In this document: in pieces, positions 40,173-49,064 of the stretch
How the letters are laid out: the number at the start of each line of letters is the position of its first letter
How positions within the stretch are numbered: the stretch's first letter is position 1
Source: Nitrospirales bacterium
GTDB lineage: Bacteria > Nitrospirota > Nitrospiria > Nitrospirales > UBA8639
NCBI GenBank assembly: GCA_963555755.3
Contig: OY820905.2
Span: 3,872,001-3,936,000, forward strand
DNA length: 64,000 nucleotides
Direction: 5' to 3'
The notes under the pieces: model-generated
What the model was told of the DNA's origin: nothing
The model's database searches: none
Seen by the model: only the letters and a program-made list of their open reading frames with translations
Translations under genes and position numbers: made by a program

Positions 40173-41213
40173 ATGATTAGAAACGCGACAGGTAATCTCC
40201 TTCAGGTTGACGCCGAAGCCCTGGTTAATACCGTCAACTGTGATGGTTTCATGGGCAAGGGCATTGCTCTGCAATTCAAGCAAGCCTGGCCCGAGAACTT
40301 CGAGGCCTATGCCCGTGCATGTCGTGGGAAAGAAGTCCGACCTGGAGAGATGTTTATCTGGGAAACCGGACGCATGATGAACCCGAAGTACATCATCAAC
40401 TTCCCAACTAAACGACACTGGCGAGGTAAATCTCGAATGGAAGACATCCGCAGCGGGCTGCACGCCTTGGTTGCAGACATGCGTCGCTTGGGAATTCACT
40501 CAATCGCTGTCCCGCCGTTAGGATGTGGTAACGGTGGACTTGATTGGCAAGAGGTTCGTCCCCTCATTGAATCCGCGTTTGCCGAAGTACCCGACGTGGC
40601 TGTTCAGTTGTTCGGCCCCCTTGGCGCACCTGATGCGAAGACCATGCCGGTGAACACGAAAAAACCTTCGATGACTATCAGTCGCGCCTTGTTCGTCAAG
40701 GTCATGCACCAATATGAAACCTTGAGTTATCGCCTTACATTATTAGAGGTTCAAAAACTGGGATACTTTCTCCAAGAAGCTGGGGAACCTCTTAGATTGA
40801 GATTTCAGGCAGGATTGTACGGACCCTATGCCGCGAATTTGAATAAAGTGTTGGAACGAATCGAAGGACATTTTATTCGTGGTTACGGTGATACCCAAAA
40901 ACCGGATACCGACATTGAACTGCTTCCCGGTGCGATTGAAGAAGCCAACAAGTTTCTTAGCGAGCACCCGATACCCATCTCACGGTTGAACCGAGTGGGC
41001 GATCTTATCCAAGGGTTTGAGACACCATATGGTATGGAGTTACTGTCCTCAGTCCATTGGGTTTCCACGTATGGCAAGCCGAAGGCCACTACCTTGGAGA
41101 TGGCCGTAGAGTCCATTCATTCGTGGAATGAGAGAAAGCAGAAGATGTTCCGCCCTGAACATATTCACATTGCCTATCAGCGCCTCCATGAGCTTTCTTG
41201 GATAGCCAAGTGA
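40173..41213 (+). CDS. darG: DarG macrodomain antitoxin
   Basis: ALVNTVNCDGFMGKGIALQFK, INFPTKRHW, PPLGCGNGGL; C-terminal EVQKLGYFLQ..YGPY. Confidence 0.93.
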   Translation: MIRNATGNLLQVDAEALVNTVNCDGFMGKGIALQFKQAWPENFEAYARACRGKEVRPGEMFIWETGRMMNPKYIINFPTKRHWRGKSRMEDIRSGLHALVADMRRLGIHSIAVPPLGCGNGGLDWQEVRPLIESAFAEVPDVAVQLFGPLGAPDAKTMPVNTKKPSMTISRALFVKVMHQYETLSYRLTLLEVQKLGYFLQEAGEPLRLRFQAGLYGPYAANLNKVLERIEGHFIRGYGDTQKPDTDIELLPGAIEEANKFLSEHPIPISRLNRVGDLIQGFETPYGMELLSSVHWVSTYGKPKATTLEMAVESIHSWNERKQKMFRPEHIHIAYQRLHELSWIAK

Positions 41214-42715
41214 GTTCTTCAAATCAAATCGTCCAAAAACTCTGGAATTACTGTAACGTCCTGCGCGACGACGGGATGAGCTATGGCGACTATGTCGAGC
41301 AGTTGACGTATTTGCTGTTTCTCAAAATGGCCGATGAGCGGACGAAGCCGCCCTATTCTCAGCCTAGCGAAATACCAAGCAAATACAGTTGGCCCAGTCT
41401 CTTGAAAAAGGATGGTGACGAGCTCTTCGACCACTACCGCCATCTCCTTGAAGAGCTAGGGAAAGAAAAGGGCCTTCTCGGACTGATCTTCACCAAGGCC
41501 CAGAACAAGTTTCAGGACCCGGCCAAGCTACGGCGATTGATCGTCGATTTGATCGATAAGGAAAATTGGTCGGTGATGAGTGCCGATGTGAAAGGTGATG
41601 CCTATGAAGGGCTCCTAGAGAAGAATGCGCAGGATACCAAGACCGGCGCCGGGCAGTACTTCACCCCGCGTCCACTGATCCAAGCTATTGTCGATGTAAT
41701 TCAACCCAAGCCTGGCGAAACACTTTGTGACCCTGCTTGCGGGACAGGTGGCTTTCTTTTGGCGGCTCACGATTACCTTGTGAAGCAAAATCCGAATCTC
41801 ACGAAGGATCAAAAGAAGCAACTGAAGGAAAGCACGCTCAGGGGATGTGAGCTGGTCCAGGGCGTGGCCCGATTGTGTGCCATGAATTTGCTCCTCCACG
41901 GTATCGGGAGTCAGGATTATGAGCCGATTGTCGTATCGGATTCATTAGCCGCTGATCCTGGCGATCGGTATGACATTGTCTTGACCAATCCACCGTTTGG
42001 GAAAAAGAGCAGCACCACGATTGTAGGAGAAGAAGGGAAAGTCTCAAAGGAACGGGACATTGTTGAGCGGGATGATTTTTGGGCGAGCACTTCCAATAAA
42101 CAGCTCAACTTTATCCAGCATGTAAAGACCCTGCTGAAACAACACGGCCGAGCGGCCGTGGTCGTGCCGGATAACGTCCTCTTCGAAGGCGGCGCAGGAG
42201 AGACGATCCGGCGGAAGCTTTTGCATGAGTGTGATGTGCACAGCCTACTCCGTCTACCCACCGGTTTGTTTTATGCCCAAGGTGTGAAAGCCAACGTGTT
42301 GTTTTTCGATAAACGACCTGGCGGGGAATCGGCATCCACCCAAAAACTGTGGATCTACGACCTGCGCACGAATAAACATTTTACCTTGAAGACCGGCCCG
42401 TTAAAACGTGAAGACCTGGATGAGTTTGTAAAATGTTACAATCCGGCCAATCGGCATACTCGCAAACCGACCTGGTCAGAGAAGAACCCCGAAGGCCGCT
42501 GGCGGTCTTACGACTATGACGAATTAGTCGCCCGCGACAAAGCCAGCCTTGATCTCTTCTGGCTCAAAGACGACTCTCTCGAAGACTCTGCTAATTTGCC
42601 CGATCCCGATGTGATCGCCCAAGAAATCGTCGACGACCTCGAAGCCGCACTTGAACAGTTTCGCGAAATCGCCAATGACTTAGGTGACGAAACAGAAATA
42701 CCGAAAGTTACCTGA
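41210..42715 (+). CDS. hsdM: Type I R-M methyltransferase
   Basis: GQYFTPR, DPACGTGGF, TNPPF. Confidence 0.96.
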   Translation: MSSSNQIVQKLWNYCNVLRDDGMSYGDYVEQLTYLLFLKMADERTKPPYSQPSEIPSKYSWPSLLKKDGDELFDHYRHLLEELGKEKGLLGLIFTKAQNKFQDPAKLRRLIVDLIDKENWSVMSADVKGDAYEGLLEKNAQDTKTGAGQYFTPRPLIQAIVDVIQPKPGETLCDPACGTGGFLLAAHDYLVKQNPNLTKDQKKQLKESTLRGCELVQGVARLCAMNLLLHGIGSQDYEPIVVSDSLAADPGDRYDIVLTNPPFGKKSSTTIVGEEGKVSKERDIVERDDFWASTSNKQLNFIQHVKTLLKQHGRAAVVVPDNVLFEGGAGETIRRKLLHECDVHSLLRLPTGLFYAQGVKANVLFFDKRPGGESASTQKLWIYDLRTNKHFTLKTGPLKREDLDEFVKCYNPANRHTRKPTWSEKNPEGRWRSYDYDELVARDKASLDLFWLKDDSLEDSANLPDPDVIAQEIVDDLEAALEQFREIANDLGDETEIPKVT

Positions 42716-42810
42716 TCTTTTATCCAAACCCGGAGTCTCCTATGGGCACAGATCTCCTCAGGAAACACATTCAAGAATATGTTTAACACGCTTAAAGCAG
42801 GAGAAACGAT

Positions 42811-43023
42811 ATGGCCCAAAAAGTAAAAATTTGGTTTGATCCTGAAGGAGATTTTCTGGAAGTCCAGTTCAAGGATGCCCCTGGTTTCATGCGTCCGACT
42901 GCCCACGATGCTGTCATGGAACGTGTCGATGAGCAGGGCCGCGTGCTTGGATTTAGCGTACAGGGTGTGAGCCGTTTTCGAAAAGACCATCCTCTAGAAG
43001 CCGAACTTGTCGCAGGAGAATAA
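42811..43023 (+). CDS. DUF2283-like putative antitoxin
   Basis: KVKIWFDPEGDFLEV..GRVLGFSV; AGGAGA RBS. Confidence 0.7.
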   Translation: MAQKVKIWFDPEGDFLEVQFKDAPGFMRPTAHDAVMERVDEQGRVLGFSVQGVSRFRKDHPLEAELVAGE

Positions 43024-43127
43024 TCCTCCTTCTTTTTCCTCTTTGACAAGGTTTTCTCTTCAGCCCCGCTTGACTCATAACTTGACTTACACTTGACTTA
43101 TTCGAAGGCCCCTACTAACCTAAGGGG

Positions 43128-44132
43128 ATGCCATTTCAGCCCACATTCACTATCACCCCACGTTTACTGACCCTTATCGAGGAAATCTCCGCATTCCGGG
43201 AGAAGATTCTCTCGGCCACGATTCAGGTTCCTTGGATTCCGACCCTCCAAAAGGATGCGCGGGTTCGAAACACCCACAGTTCTACGGCCATCGAGGGTAA
43301 TCCTCTCACGCTTGAACAAGTCCGCCTGTTAGAAGAGGGGCAGTCTCTTCCCACTGAGCCCCAACGTGCGACACGTGAGGTGCTCAACTATTTCTCTGGT
43401 CTGCGCTTCATTGAAAAACTTCCACCAGATAAGCCCACCGCCCATAAAGAAATTTTTTCACTCCATTCCCTTGTGGCGTCAGATGTGATGGATCAGGGGA
43501 AAGCCGGCCGGTATCGTGATATTCATGTGCAGGTCGGTCGCTATGTGCCACCCCCGCCTGAGATTGTATCTGGTTTAATGGCTGAACTGTTGGATTGGTG
43601 GAATAAAAACTTCTCACCGTGGTCTCCTGTGATCTCGTCGGCAATCATTCATTATCAGTTTGAGGATATCCATCCCTTTGCAGATGGTAATGGTCGTACT
43701 GGCCGGCTTCTAGCACTTTGGGAATTATATCGCCGTGGTTTCGACACCCACCATATCTTTTCCGTAGATGATTATTTTTGGAAGGATCGAGACCGGTATT
43801 ACACATCCCTGGCTGCCGTCAGAAAAGAGGGCGGCGATTTAACCAGTTGGCTTGAATATACAGCCGAGGCCATTCATGTCTCATTAGAACAAGTTTGGGA
43901 TCGGATTCAACATCTTTCTGCTGGCACGGGAAAGAAAAAATTTGTGTTGCGACCCAAGCAGGAACAGCTCCTCCGACTTCTCCGTGATCGACAAAGTCTT
44001 ACCCCACAGGAAATCCGTGAGGGAATTGGTGTGTCCAAACAAGGTGCGATGGATTTATTGAATCCACTCCTAGAGGCAGGCTTGGTTCAACGGGTGGGAA
44101 CAAGAAAGTCAGGACGATATATTTTGTCTTGA
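43128..44132 (+). CDS. Fic-domain protein with C-terminal HTH
   Basis: HPFADGNGRTGR; N-terminal STAIEGN inhibitory-type motif. Confidence 0.9.
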   Translation: MPFQPTFTITPRLLTLIEEISAFREKILSATIQVPWIPTLQKDARVRNTHSSTAIEGNPLTLEQVRLLEEGQSLPTEPQRATREVLNYFSGLRFIEKLPPDKPTAHKEIFSLHSLVASDVMDQGKAGRYRDIHVQVGRYVPPPPEIVSGLMAELLDWWNKNFSPWSPVISSAIIHYQFEDIHPFADGNGRTGRLLALWELYRRGFDTHHIFSVDDYFWKDRDRYYTSLAAVRKEGGDLTSWLEYTAEAIHVSLEQVWDRIQHLSAGTGKKKFVLRPKQEQLLRLLRDRQSLTPQEIREGIGVSKQGAMDLLNPLLEAGLVQRVGTRKSGRYILS

Positions 44133-44204
44133 AGAGGGTCACCCCTAAAAACCAAATCCAAAATCTCCTCCCCTTCTTAAATTTCACAGACTAAAGCTGG
44201 GAAG

Positions 44205-44481
44205 TTAAGCTGGAGCCGGAGAATTCACCTGAACCTCAAATCCCATGTCTTGGATCATTTGTTGGACTTCGTTGGCCGGGGCTCCCGGGGTGGTGAGGTA
44301 GCCGTTGACGAATAGGGAGTCAGCGACGTACAGCGCCAGGGGTTGGAGAGAGCGTAGGTTGAATTCACGTCCTCCTGCTGCGCGGAGTTCTCGTTTGGGG
44401 TGGAAGAATCGGACCATGCTCATGATCTTCAGGCAGCGTTTTGGCGTTAAATGGTTCGAGTCTACCAAGGGTGTCCCGGAT
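44205..44481 (-). pseudogene. Duplicated 3' end of bioB (direct repeat of ~45452-45731)
   Basis: RELRAAGGREFNLRSLQPLALYVADSLFVNGYLTTPG identical to BioB at protein level, with many synonymous changes. Confidence 0.92.
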
Positions 44482-44538
44482 AGGGGTAGTCCTTTTCAGG
44501 GGTTTTCCGTTTGATCCAACCGGTGTACAATTGAGTTC

Positions 44539-44724
44539 ATGTCTACAGAACAGTCGTCATCCCCTACCCGTCCCACTCGTCGCCCCAGTCCTTTGAGTGA
44601 ACGTTTGACTCAGGAGAAACTCGAAGAGGCTCGGGCCTTGTCTCCCACACAGCGTTTACTCCTTGCCCTTCAACTCTCTGATACTTGCCTTGAGTTACAG
44701 CGCTCGTGTTCGACCAAGCATTAA
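44539..44724 (+). CDS. Small putative antitoxin (MenA-like)
   Basis: 61 aa with ARALSPTQRLLLALQLSD; overlaps the downstream nucleotidyltransferase start. Confidence 0.6.
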   Translation: MSTEQSSSPTRPTRRPSPLSERLTQEKLEEARALSPTQRLLLALQLSDTCLELQRSCSTKH

Positions 44725-45251
44725 CAACTATCACTCGCCGTTTGGATGAGGCTAAAGCTCAAGGCTTTTTAAAAGACTATGCTTTGATTGGTGGATTTGC
44801 CGTTTCTGCCTGGGGCATCCCTCGCGCCACGCAGGATGTGGACTTTGCATTGGTCTTAGGCTCAGCCGACCCAGAGGGCTTATCGCGCCATCTCGATTCG
44901 GAGTTTTTGCCTGGAGATGGGGACGATCCTTTGCGAGGTGTCTTTCAGCTCAAACTTTCTATTGAGGATCAGAGAGTTCCCGTTCAGCTAATCTTGCTTC
45001 CCCCTCGGTGGACCTCCATTATAATCGATGGCATTGTGACCCTGTCAGTGTTGGGCTGCAGTGTTCCGGTTATCTCCTGGGAAGGGCTTATCCTCCTGAA
45101 GTTGTATGCCGGGGGCCCTCAAGACCTTCTTGATGCTCAACACATTTTTGCCGTCCGAAAACCCACGGTAAACGAGATCGAGAAACTGTCTAAGTTGGCG
45201 GTTCAGGTTGATCTGTTGGGTGCTTTTCGTGATCTTGTTAATCGACTCTAA
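44706..45251 (+). CDS. Nucleotidyltransferase of the DUF6036/AbiEii/MenT-like group
   Basis: LIGGFAVSAWGIPRATQDVD; LKLYAGGPQDLLD. Confidence 0.78.
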   Translation: MFDQALTTITRRLDEAKAQGFLKDYALIGGFAVSAWGIPRATQDVDFALVLGSADPEGLSRHLDSEFLPGDGDDPLRGVFQLKLSIEDQRVPVQLILLPPRWTSIIIDGIVTLSVLGCSVPVISWEGLILLKLYAGGPQDLLDAQHIFAVRKPTVNEIEKLSKLAVQVDLLGAFRDLVNRL

Positions 45252-45337
45252 TCGTCTACTTTTCAACATTTCTCATCGACCAAAGAACGATGAAAGATTT
45301 GGCCTATCTATAGTGTTTTAACTTTTGGAGAAGAGAA

Positions 45338-45374
45338 CCCCTCACCCCAACCCTCTCCCCACAGGGGCGAGGGA
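45338..45374. repeat. REP-like palindrome, possible terminator between convergent genes
   Basis: ccctcaccccaaccctctccccacaggggcgaggg hairpin. Confidence 0.55.
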
Positions 45375-45451
45375 AAATTGAGGTCTCCCAGTTGAAAGTC
45401 AAAAAACTATCAAAAGGCAAATTCCAACGATGGACTGCTTTGGCCCGGAAG

Positions 45452-46444
45452 TTAGGCTGGGCAAGCAGGCGAATTTACCTGAACCTCGAAACCCATGTCT
45501 TCAATCATTTGTTGGACTTCGTTGGCGGGTTGGCCGGGGGTGGTGAGGTAGCCGTTGACGAAAAGGGAGTCTGCGACATAGAGGGCTAAGGGTTGAAGGG
45601 AGCGTAGGTTAAATTCACGTCCTCCGGCTGCGCGTAGTTCCCGTTTGGGGTGGATGAAGCGGAACATGCACATGATTTTCAGACAGCGTTGCGGTGTTAA
45701 ATGGTTGGAGTTTTCTAATGGTGTCCCGGATGCGGGGTGGAGCATATTGAGTGGAATGGAATCCGGATTAAGTTCGCGCAGGGAAAACGCTAAATCCACG
45801 AGGTCTTCGTCTTGTTCACCCATGCCCACGATACCACCCGAACAGAGCTCAAGCCCTGCGGCTCTGGCGTTGTTTAACGTGGTCACCCGATCTTGAAAGG
45901 TATGTGTGGTGCAAATAGACGCGTGGTATGCTTCGCTGGTGTTCAGGTTGTGATTGATTCGATCAACCCCTGCGGCTTTGAGTCGCTTGGCTTGTGGCTC
46001 GGTGAGTAGGCCGAGGGAGCAGCATACTTGAATGGGCAACTCGTCTTTTATTTGGCGAACAGCTTTGGAGATTTCCTCGATTTCCCGATCTAGCGGGCTT
46101 CTTCCGCTAATCACGACACAGTAGCGTTGGGCTTTGGCCTCGACAGCGCGTCTGGCGGCTTTGAGCATTTGTTCGGGCTCGACGAGGGCATAGCGATCAA
46201 TCGGTGCTGTGGAAATTGACGATTGCGAGCAGTAATGGCAATCTTCCTGGCAGGCCCCGCTCTTTGCATTGAACAGCATTTGTAAAGTCACCATGTTGCC
46301 GAAATGCCGGTGGCGGATTCGGTACGCGGCGTTGATCAACCCCAGCAATTCCTCATCCGGGGTTTGGAGCAGGGACAGGCTTTCCTCGCGTGTAATTTCT
46401 TCATCCCGCAACACGTTGTCGGCAAGCTGGGTATAGGGTGTCAT
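45452..46444 (-). CDS. bioB: Biotin synthase
   Basis: KSGACQEDCHYCSQS, NHNLNTS, CSGGIVGMGE. Confidence 0.96.
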   Translation of the reverse strand: MTPYTQLADNVLRDEEITREESLSLLQTPDEELLGLINAAYRIRHRHFGNMVTLQMLFNAKSGACQEDCHYCSQSSISTAPIDRYALVEPEQMLKAARRAVEAKAQRYCVVISGRSPLDREIEEISKAVRQIKDELPIQVCCSLGLLTEPQAKRLKAAGVDRINHNLNTSEAYHASICTTHTFQDRVTTLNNARAAGLELCSGGIVGMGEQDEDLVDLAFSLRELNPDSIPLNMLHPASGTPLENSNHLTPQRCLKIMCMFRFIHPKRELRAAGGREFNLRSLQPLALYVADSLFVNGYLTTPGQPANEVQQMIEDMGFEVQVNSPACPA

Positions 46445-46550
46445 GAGTTTGCTCCGTGCAATAAGAAGTCGGGTTTGTCTTAGGATTGCAGTACTGCGAT
46501 GGCTAGGCTGTCACGGATTTGTTGAATGGGTTGTCGGCAAGCAGAGGTTA

Positions 46551-46707
46551 GGGTTCGCGAAAGAATAACTACTCATGTTTGGGTGCTGAGACGCCTGTCT
46601 GGCAAGGCGCGAGGACTGCGCATACTCCTCGTATGGAAAGGACGAGCAACGCCGCCAGACTGGATGGATCGACGCCCAAACATGAGTAGTTATTCTTTCG
46701 CGAACCC
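46551..46707. mobile_element. MITE family A copy at the rsfS stop codon
   Basis: Family A TIRs; TTA on both sides, the right one being the rsfS TAA. Confidence 0.9.
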
Positions 46708-47100
46708 TTAACTTGCTTGGTGAATAAGCGCAGCACTTCCTCGGTTGCGTGAGTCGAGAGAAGGCTGCGAGGGGATCGAATCAAATTCTGATTGTGGTAT
46801 TGGGTTGGCGTCTCGCCACATGTTCTCAATTCCATAAAAGGCGCGTATGTTTTCATGGAAGATGTGGACGATGGTATCGCCATAATCCAAGAGAACCCAC
46901 GTTCCAGATGATGTACCTTCGACGTTGGCCCGAGCATTGAAAACTTTTTGGAGCTCACCCTGAATTGCATCAGCGATGGCGTTGACTTGGCGTTCTGAGC
47001 TACCTGAACAGAATACGAAGAAATCTGCGATTGAGGTCAGATGGCCGACCTCAAGCATCAGCACGTCTGAAGCGTTCTTTTCCAGGGCCACCCGGCCCAT
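46708..47100 (-). CDS. rsfS: Ribosome silencing factor
   Basis: ADFFVFCSGSSERQV, WVLLDYGD..VHIF. Confidence 0.93.
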   Translation of the reverse strand: MGRVALEKNASDVLMLEVGHLTSIADFFVFCSGSSERQVNAIADAIQGELQKVFNARANVEGTSSGTWVLLDYGDTIVHIFHENIRAFYGIENMWRDANPIPQSEFDSIPSQPSLDSRNRGSAALIHQAS

Positions 47101-47135
47101 GGCGAGGGCTTTAATTTTTATCCCGTCAAAAATAA

Positions 47136-47807
47136 CTAGTCTCCTTTATTCGCACCATACAAGTGATTTTCGATTATATAAGATTCAATAGGGCTCGGCA
47201 ACCAATCGGCCACACTTCCACCCTTTTGTAGGCGGTCACGAATGGCGGATGCCGAGATGTGACATGGGGGCAGCGCCAGCAATGTGAGGGTTGATCCATG
47301 TGAGGTTGGAATTTCGAGATGGTCTCGTATTCCTTTGTCGAGGTCAGCTAAATCGTGTTCCGAAAGAGGCGGGAGCATGGCAATCGATGTGATCTGAGAG
47401 AACCGAACCTCAGGTCGTGAGATGACCACAAAATTGGTTGCGGATAATAATTCGTTGCCTAACTTCCAGGTTGGGAAATCAAGAAAAGCGTCGAGACCGA
47501 GGAGGAAATATAATTCGCCTTCGAGTTGGCTTCGAAGTGAATTGAGTGTGTCAATGGTATAGGAAGTCTCTGAGGACGTTGCTTCAATATCTGACACCTG
47601 AAAGTGGGGAATGTCCTGGATCGCCAACTTGGCCATTGCGAGTCGATGGTGTGCGGGAGCGAGAGTCTCGCCAGATTTGTGAGGCGGATCTCCCGTTGGA
47701 ATAAAGAAGATTTGGTCAAACCCAAGTCGTACGCGGGCCTGCTCGGCAATGTGCAGATGACCAAGATGGATAGGATTGAACGTGCCGCCGAGGAGACCGA
47801 TACGCAT
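47136..47807 (-). CDS. nadD: Nicotinate-nucleotide adenylyltransferase
   Basis: GGTFNPIHLGH, ISASAIR. Confidence 0.95.
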   Translation of the reverse strand: MRIGLLGGTFNPIHLGHLHIAEQARVRLGFDQIFFIPTGDPPHKSGETLAPAHHRLAMAKLAIQDIPHFQVSDIEATSSETSYTIDTLNSLRSQLEGELYFLLGLDAFLDFPTWKLGNELLSATNFVVISRPEVRFSQITSIAMLPPLSEHDLADLDKGIRDHLEIPTSHGSTLTLLALPPCHISASAIRDRLQKGGSVADWLPSPIESYIIENHLYGANKGD

Positions 47808-47858
47808 GGGTTATTGCTGGACAAAAAAACCTTTAGAAGTGAGGTGTGTTGCCAATCT

Positions 47859-47930
47859 CGTGAAGCGTAATGCGTAAGGAATTATGAGTAGATGAACTTC
47901 TCTTCACGTATCACGCTTTACGCATAACGG
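47859..47930. repeat. Heptamer tandem and inverted repeat
   Basis: cgtgaag-cgtaatg-cgtaagg facing ttcacg-tatcacg-ctttacg-cataacg; similar arms at ~61693-61727 and ~62709-62738. Confidence 0.55.
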
Positions 47931-47942
47931 TTTACGTCTCCA

Positions 47943-49064
47943 TTATAGGAGCGCGAGGTTGTCACGATGAATGACTTCCTCATACTCCTTGCCACCTAAG
48001 ATTTCCTGGACCTCTTTGGTTTTCCGTCCTTTGATCTTTGCGAGTGACTGCGATGACATATTGACAAGCCCTTTGGCAAATTCTTTTCCGTTGGAGTCGA
48101 CACAAGAAACCGGGTCGCCAGAGGAAAATTCTCCTATGATATTGAGGATGCCGGCGGGGAGTAAACTCTTCCCTCGATATCGCAACGCTTCGACCGCGCC
48201 ATCATCGAGAATCAGTTGCCCCTTGGACCGCAGCGTAAACGCAATCCAATGTTTTCGGCTGGGCATGCGTCGGCTTTGGGGTAGAAACAGGGTGCCTTGG
48301 CCTTCTCCAGCAAACACCTGTGCCAACAACTGAGGCGTCTCGCCATTCATGATGAGCGTGGGCACACCAAATTGTCCGACGTGTTTGGCTGCTTGAATTT
48401 TGGTGACCATGCCTCCTCGGCTCTCCTGGCTTCGTGACGTTCCGGCTCCCTGTTCGATCTGCGATGTGATTTCTTCAACGACCGAAATCAATTCGGCTTG
48501 AGGATTCAGATGCGGGTCTTCGGTGTATAGCCCATTTACGTCGGATAAAATCACAAACAGGTCGGCATCCACCAAGTGGGCCACTTGTCCGGCCAATGTG
48601 TCGTTGTCGCCAAATCGAATTTCCTCGACCGAAACCGTATCATTTTCGTTAATGATGGGAATGACATGTAACTCGATTAAGGTGGTCAGAGTATGCCGTG
48701 CGTTGAGAAAGCGTTTGCGATCGGCAAGGTCTTGGTGTGTGAGCAGGACCTGCGCGACTTTTTGTCCCGCCTCTTGAAAACATTTTTCGTACGCATGGAT
48801 TAAATGGCTCTGTCCCGCCGCTGCCGCCGCTTGTTTCAACGGGATGCTTTGCGGATAGTTTTTTAATCCTAATTTCTCAATGCCGGCCACAATGGATCCC
48901 GACGAGACTAGGACGATCTCGCGTTCCGGGGTATTCAGTTCGGCGATTTCTTGAGAGAGCCGCGCAATGAGATCATGCCGTAAGCCGAAATCTCGAGAGG
49001 CCACGAGGCTACTCCCAATTTTCAGGACCACGCGTTTTGCGCCGGTGATTAGCTGATGGTGCAT
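47943..49064 (-). CDS. proB: Glutamate 5-kinase
   Basis: VLKIGSS, PIINENDTV, FGDNDTL, PUA domain. Confidence 0.96.
   Translation of the reverse strand: MHHQLITGAKRVVLKIGSSLVASRDFGLRHDLIARLSQEIAELNTPEREIVLVSSGSIVAGIEKLGLKNYPQSIPLKQAAAAAGQSHLIHAYEKCFQEAGQKVAQVLLTHQDLADRKRFLNARHTLTTLIELHVIPIINENDTVSVEEIRFGDNDTLAGQVAHLVDADLFVILSDVNGLYTEDPHLNPQAELISVVEEITSQIEQGAGTSRSQESRGGMVTKIQAAKHVGQFGVPTLIMNGETPQLLAQVFAGEGQGTLFLPQSRRMPSRKHWIAFTLRSKGQLILDDGAVEALRYRGKSLLPAGILNIIGEFSSGDPVSCVDSNGKEFAKGLVNMSSQSLAKIKGRKTKEVQEILGGKEYEEVIHRDNLALL

Noticed and set aside
44205..44481. Duplicated gene ends as DGR template/variable repeats
   Set aside because: No reverse transcriptase in the window, and differences are mainly synonymous rather than adenine-specific.
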